Shown: piece after piece, positions 60,307 to 64,000 of the stretch
Numbering within the stretch: position 1 is the stretch's first letter
Layout: each line of letters begins with the position of its first letter
DNA from: Leucoraja erinacea
Taxonomy: Eukaryota
Reading direction: 5' to 3'
DNA length: 64,000 bases
NCBI RefSeq assembly: GCF_028641065.1
Contig: NC_073389.1
Span: 29,016,001-29,080,000 of the forward strand
The notes under the pieces: model-generated
What the model was told of the DNA's origin: nothing
Database searches by the model: none
The model's input: the letters and a program-made list of their open reading frames with translations, nothing else
Program-made: the position numbers and the translations under genes

Positions 60307-60570
60307 AGGTGGCACAGCAGTAGAGCTGCTGCCTTACAGCACCAAGGGCTCATGTTCGATCCTGACTATGGGTGCTGTCTGTGCGGAGTTTGTATTTTCT
60401 GGTTTCCTCCCACATTCCAAAGATGTACAGGTTTGTAGGTTCATTGCGTTCTGTAGAAATGTCCCCTGTGTATAGAATGTGAAACTGGGATAACATAGAA
60501 CTAGTATACGTTGGTTGGGGCGGATTCGGTGGGCTGAAGGGCCTGTTTCCGTGCTGTGTTTCTAAACTAA
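60307..60570 (+). mobile_element. HE1/V-SINE-type SINE (nested in an opposite-strand SINE)
   Basis: GGTGGCACAGCAGTAGAGCTGCTGCCTTACAGC..GTTCGATCC (A/B-box-like), V-domain, CTAAA tail. Confidence 0.75.
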
Positions 60571-63239
60571 GCTACCACCGAGGATATGGGAGGAAACTAA
60601 GCACCAGAAGAAAAGACACACTGTGTCAGGGAGGACATGCAAACACCACACAGACAGCACTCAAGACCAGCTGTGAGGCAGTGGCTCTACCAGTTTCACT
60701 ACTCTGCAGAACGTGGTTACAGTTGAGGCAGCACACCTCAATTGAGGTGCAAGAGCCTTGTAAATAGTCTTTAGCAAAATCTGTCCCACAGATTAACCCC
60801 AATTAATCAGTTGTATCAGACATTGGTTGTAATGTTTATCAAGAAACTTTATAAAATGGAGCAACATCGGGGAGGAAGTATCCAACCTATCACACTTCCC
60901 TGCTTCCTTATCTAGCCTGTATGTAATTATCTATTCTCTTTTAAAAGTTCCTCCTCAACTTGCGTCCGTCGACCTTTCAGGAAGTGCGCTACAAGATCTT
61001 AATGTTTACTGTATAAAAACATTGCTTCCTCACGTCACATTTGGTGCTCTTGCTAATGACTTTATGTTTACATCTTTCGTTATGACTAATCAGACCAGGG
61101 TCTAAACTTAGAACAGGATTAAAGGGTCCTTCCACAGTCCTCGGCTCCCTGTGGCCCAAACACCAGAAATAAGAGTCATCAAAGCATTCAGTACGGACAC
61201 AGTTCGTCCTGTCATAAACAAAAACCAATTGTCTAAACGAGTAGTCCCACTTGCCTATGCCTGGCCATATCCTTCCAAACTTTTCCTATCCATGTACCTG
61301 TCTAAGTGTACTTTAAAAGCCATCATTGTATAAATCATAACCACTTCCTCTGACGGTATGTTCCATACACCCACCACCAAAAGTATCCCTCAGGTCCTTT
61401 TAAATCTTTACCATCTCATCTTAAATCCATTCCCTCTAGTTTTAGATGCCCCTCCCCTGCAGAAAAGACTATAGCTATTCAGCTTGTCTGTGTATCTCAT
61501 GATTGTATAAGCCTCTGTAAGGCCACCACTCAGCCTCTCATGCTCCAGGGGAAAAAAACCCTGGTGTATCCTGTTTTTCCACGTAATTCAAGTCCTCCAT
61601 TCCCAGAAACATCCTCATAAATTTTCTGCAACCTTTTGAGTTGAATGAAATCTGAAATCAAGATGTAAAATATTGGAAATGCACAGCTAATCAGGCGGAG
61701 AGAAGTAGACATTAGAAGTGAATATTAGCAGAATTTTCAATTCCATCCACAGTAAATCAAGCAGGGTCTACATCCAGCAGGACCTGGACAACATTGAGGC
61801 ATAGGCAGATAAGTAGCAAATAAAAAACTATCCACATGGCCACCTCCAAAATGTAAAGGTGTGCTCACCTGACCTTGACCATCAATGGCACTACCATCTA
61901 TCAGACCCCCATTATCTATATCTTGCTGCTGATTACAATTGACAAGAAACTAAACTGGATCAACCATGGTACAAAAGCAGGGTATCCAGTGGTCAGTGAA
62001 TCATCTGACACCCCCAAACCTTTCCAGCATCACACGGGCCGAGTAAGGATTATGATGGAGCACCCTCCAGATGTCCAGATGAATTCAGCTCCAACAACTC
62101 AACACCATCTAGGCCAAACCAGCTCACTTGATTGGCACCCGATCCACCACCCCAGACCTACATTCCCTCCACCAGTCGGGTACACCGTTACTTGCCTGGG
62201 CTGTTCCAACAGCACCTCTCCTATACATGATCTTTACCACCAAGAGTGATGAGCAACTGTAGATGATGGAATCTTGAGCATAACACAAAGTGCTCTAGTA
62301 ACTCAAGGTTCAGACAGAATCTGTAGGGAGAATGGAAAGGCAATGTTTTGGAACAAGACCCTTCTTCAGACTGTGAACTGCATACAATACTGGACGTAAT
62401 ACTCGAAATAACGGCACACAATTCTCCAAACTCAAGAGGAGGATTGGGAAGGATTGCACAGTTGATCCTTTGGCTTTTGCACAATGCGGCAAGGCAGGGC
62501 CAGTAAAACCAAACAAAGTCTCCTCTTGCTGGGCATGCTGTTCTGTTCTCTGATACAAAGCTATCTGAAGCACTGAGATGCCCCAGCTAAGTGCTGTTGA
62601 CCTCTCTTTTTCTACAGCTGTTGACCTCTCTTTTTCTACAGCTGTTGGAAGCTCGTGCATTCCCTTAAGGAGGAATGAACCCCAGGTACTGTATGCCCAG
62701 GCACGTGATGGAAGAAATGGGGTAAATCTCAGAAGTAACCACCATGGATACGCAGTATGATCACTTTTGATGGGGGTGGCCACCACTGCCACTAATACAA
62801 AATTACGTTCCCCTTATAGAGCAGCCATTGAAGGGGTGCCACAAGGTGATGCTGGAATGGGAACTATAGATTGGGAAGAGGTTTGATAGATGAGCCATTT
62901 CTACTGTGAAGCAGAGATGAAACTTACAAGAGTTCTAAGATATGGATTTGTACAAAATGAAGCGGAAAGATGACATTTTAGTTGGCGATAGTTTATAATT
63001 CAAAGGAGACACAGCAATTGCAGAGGCCAGAGTTCTGAGTAATAGAAAACGCTGGAGGAACTCAGTGAGTCAGTCAGCATCTGTGGAGCGATGGACAATT
63101 GGCATTTCAGGACAAGACCCAACCTTGGAACCCTGCAATAGTCCTGATATAGTGTCTACATCTGAAATGTTGACCATCTTCCAATCTCCACAGTTCCTCC
63201 AGTAGTTTATTTGTCATTCAGAGGATTTTAGAACGAGCT

Positions 63240-63520
63240 ATAGGGAGCCAGAGGGAGAAGATGAACAGGCTAAGACTTTATTCCCTGGACACCAGGAAGA
63301 TGAGGGGTGATCTTATGGAGGTGCATAACATCATGAGAGGAATAGATAGGGTAAATGCTCAGAGTCTTTTACCCAGAGTAGGGAAATCAAGATTCAGAGG
63401 ACATAGGTTTAAGATGAGGGAGGAAAGATTTAATAGGAACCTGAGGGGCAACTTTTATACAAAGGTGGTAGGTATATGGAATGCGCTATCAGATGGTTAA
63501 GGCAGGTACTACCACAACGC
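63240..63520 (+). mobile_element. CR1 3' fragment
   Basis: RLYSLDTRKMRGDLMEV...RGHRFK...RGNFYTKVVGIWN. Confidence 0.75.
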
Positions 63521-64000
63521 ATACAGAACTTTTGAACAGGTCGCATGAAGTGTGAGAAGCAGTTACTCTCTCTCCTGGTGCAAGGTGCAGTGTTGCTCCC
63601 TTATGAGAGTGGCAATGTTACTTTCTCTCATGAAGTGTAAGAGGCAGTGTTACTCTCATGAAGTGTGAGAGGCAGTGTTACTCTCACTCATGGATGGGTG
63701 GATGTTTTTTCCTGGTGGAATAAGTGAAATACTGCAGATTGTAAGGTGTTGACCAGCAGGGTGTGTGCCAGCGGAGGATATGAGAGAGCTGATCCTGCCC
63801 TCCCTTCAGCGTGCTGCTTGCATCACTGCCTTGTTGCTTCCACTGGAGGTTCAGAGGCCAGAGTCCCTCCCGTCATTGCCTGTGCTGAGGTTAGCTGTTA
63901 GTCTCATGGCCAGCCCACTATTGTTCTTCCCTCTGGCGCAATGAATCACTGCTTTGTGCGCTGTAAAGTGCGACAACATCAGAATGCAAGGCGTGGGCTG

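Noticed and set aside
62592-62646. 24-bp duplication (and ~30-bp repeats at 63545-63690)
   Set aside because: Ordinary short tandem duplications with no further structure

Overview
Eukaryotic (vertebrate) genomic DNA, most likely a cartilaginous fish (skate/ray), judged from HE1/V-SINE-type SINEs, CR1 (HER1-like) LINEs and abundant Penelope-like remnants. Three spliced protein-coding genes can be reconstructed from GT/AG boundaries, consistent phases and recognisable peptides. MBTPS2 (site-2 protease) is on the minus strand, exons 1-4 with the HEIGH zinc motif; the gene continues off the left edge. APOO/MIC26 is on the minus strand with about 8 exons. PLCXD2 is on the plus strand with 4 exons (335 aa), head-to-head with APOO. 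A further CpG island with a splice donor at ~55.3 kb may be the first exon of the next gene (PHLDB2 by synteny, inference only). A decayed ZFP36/TIS11-family retrocopy lies between MBTPS2 and APOO. The rest is mostly transposons. The most unusual signals are: (i) a TSD-bounded DNA element in APOO intron 1 carrying an apparently spliced small gene with an NLS and a Tudor/Spin-Ssty-like pattern; (ii) 33-38 bp P-type micro-MITEs found only near promoters; (iii) many minimal hammerhead-ribozyme motifs in Penelope termini; (iv) two Helitrons; (v) a four-element nested insertion. No prokaryote-type system (CRISPR etc.) is present. All identifications are by eye, with no database search.
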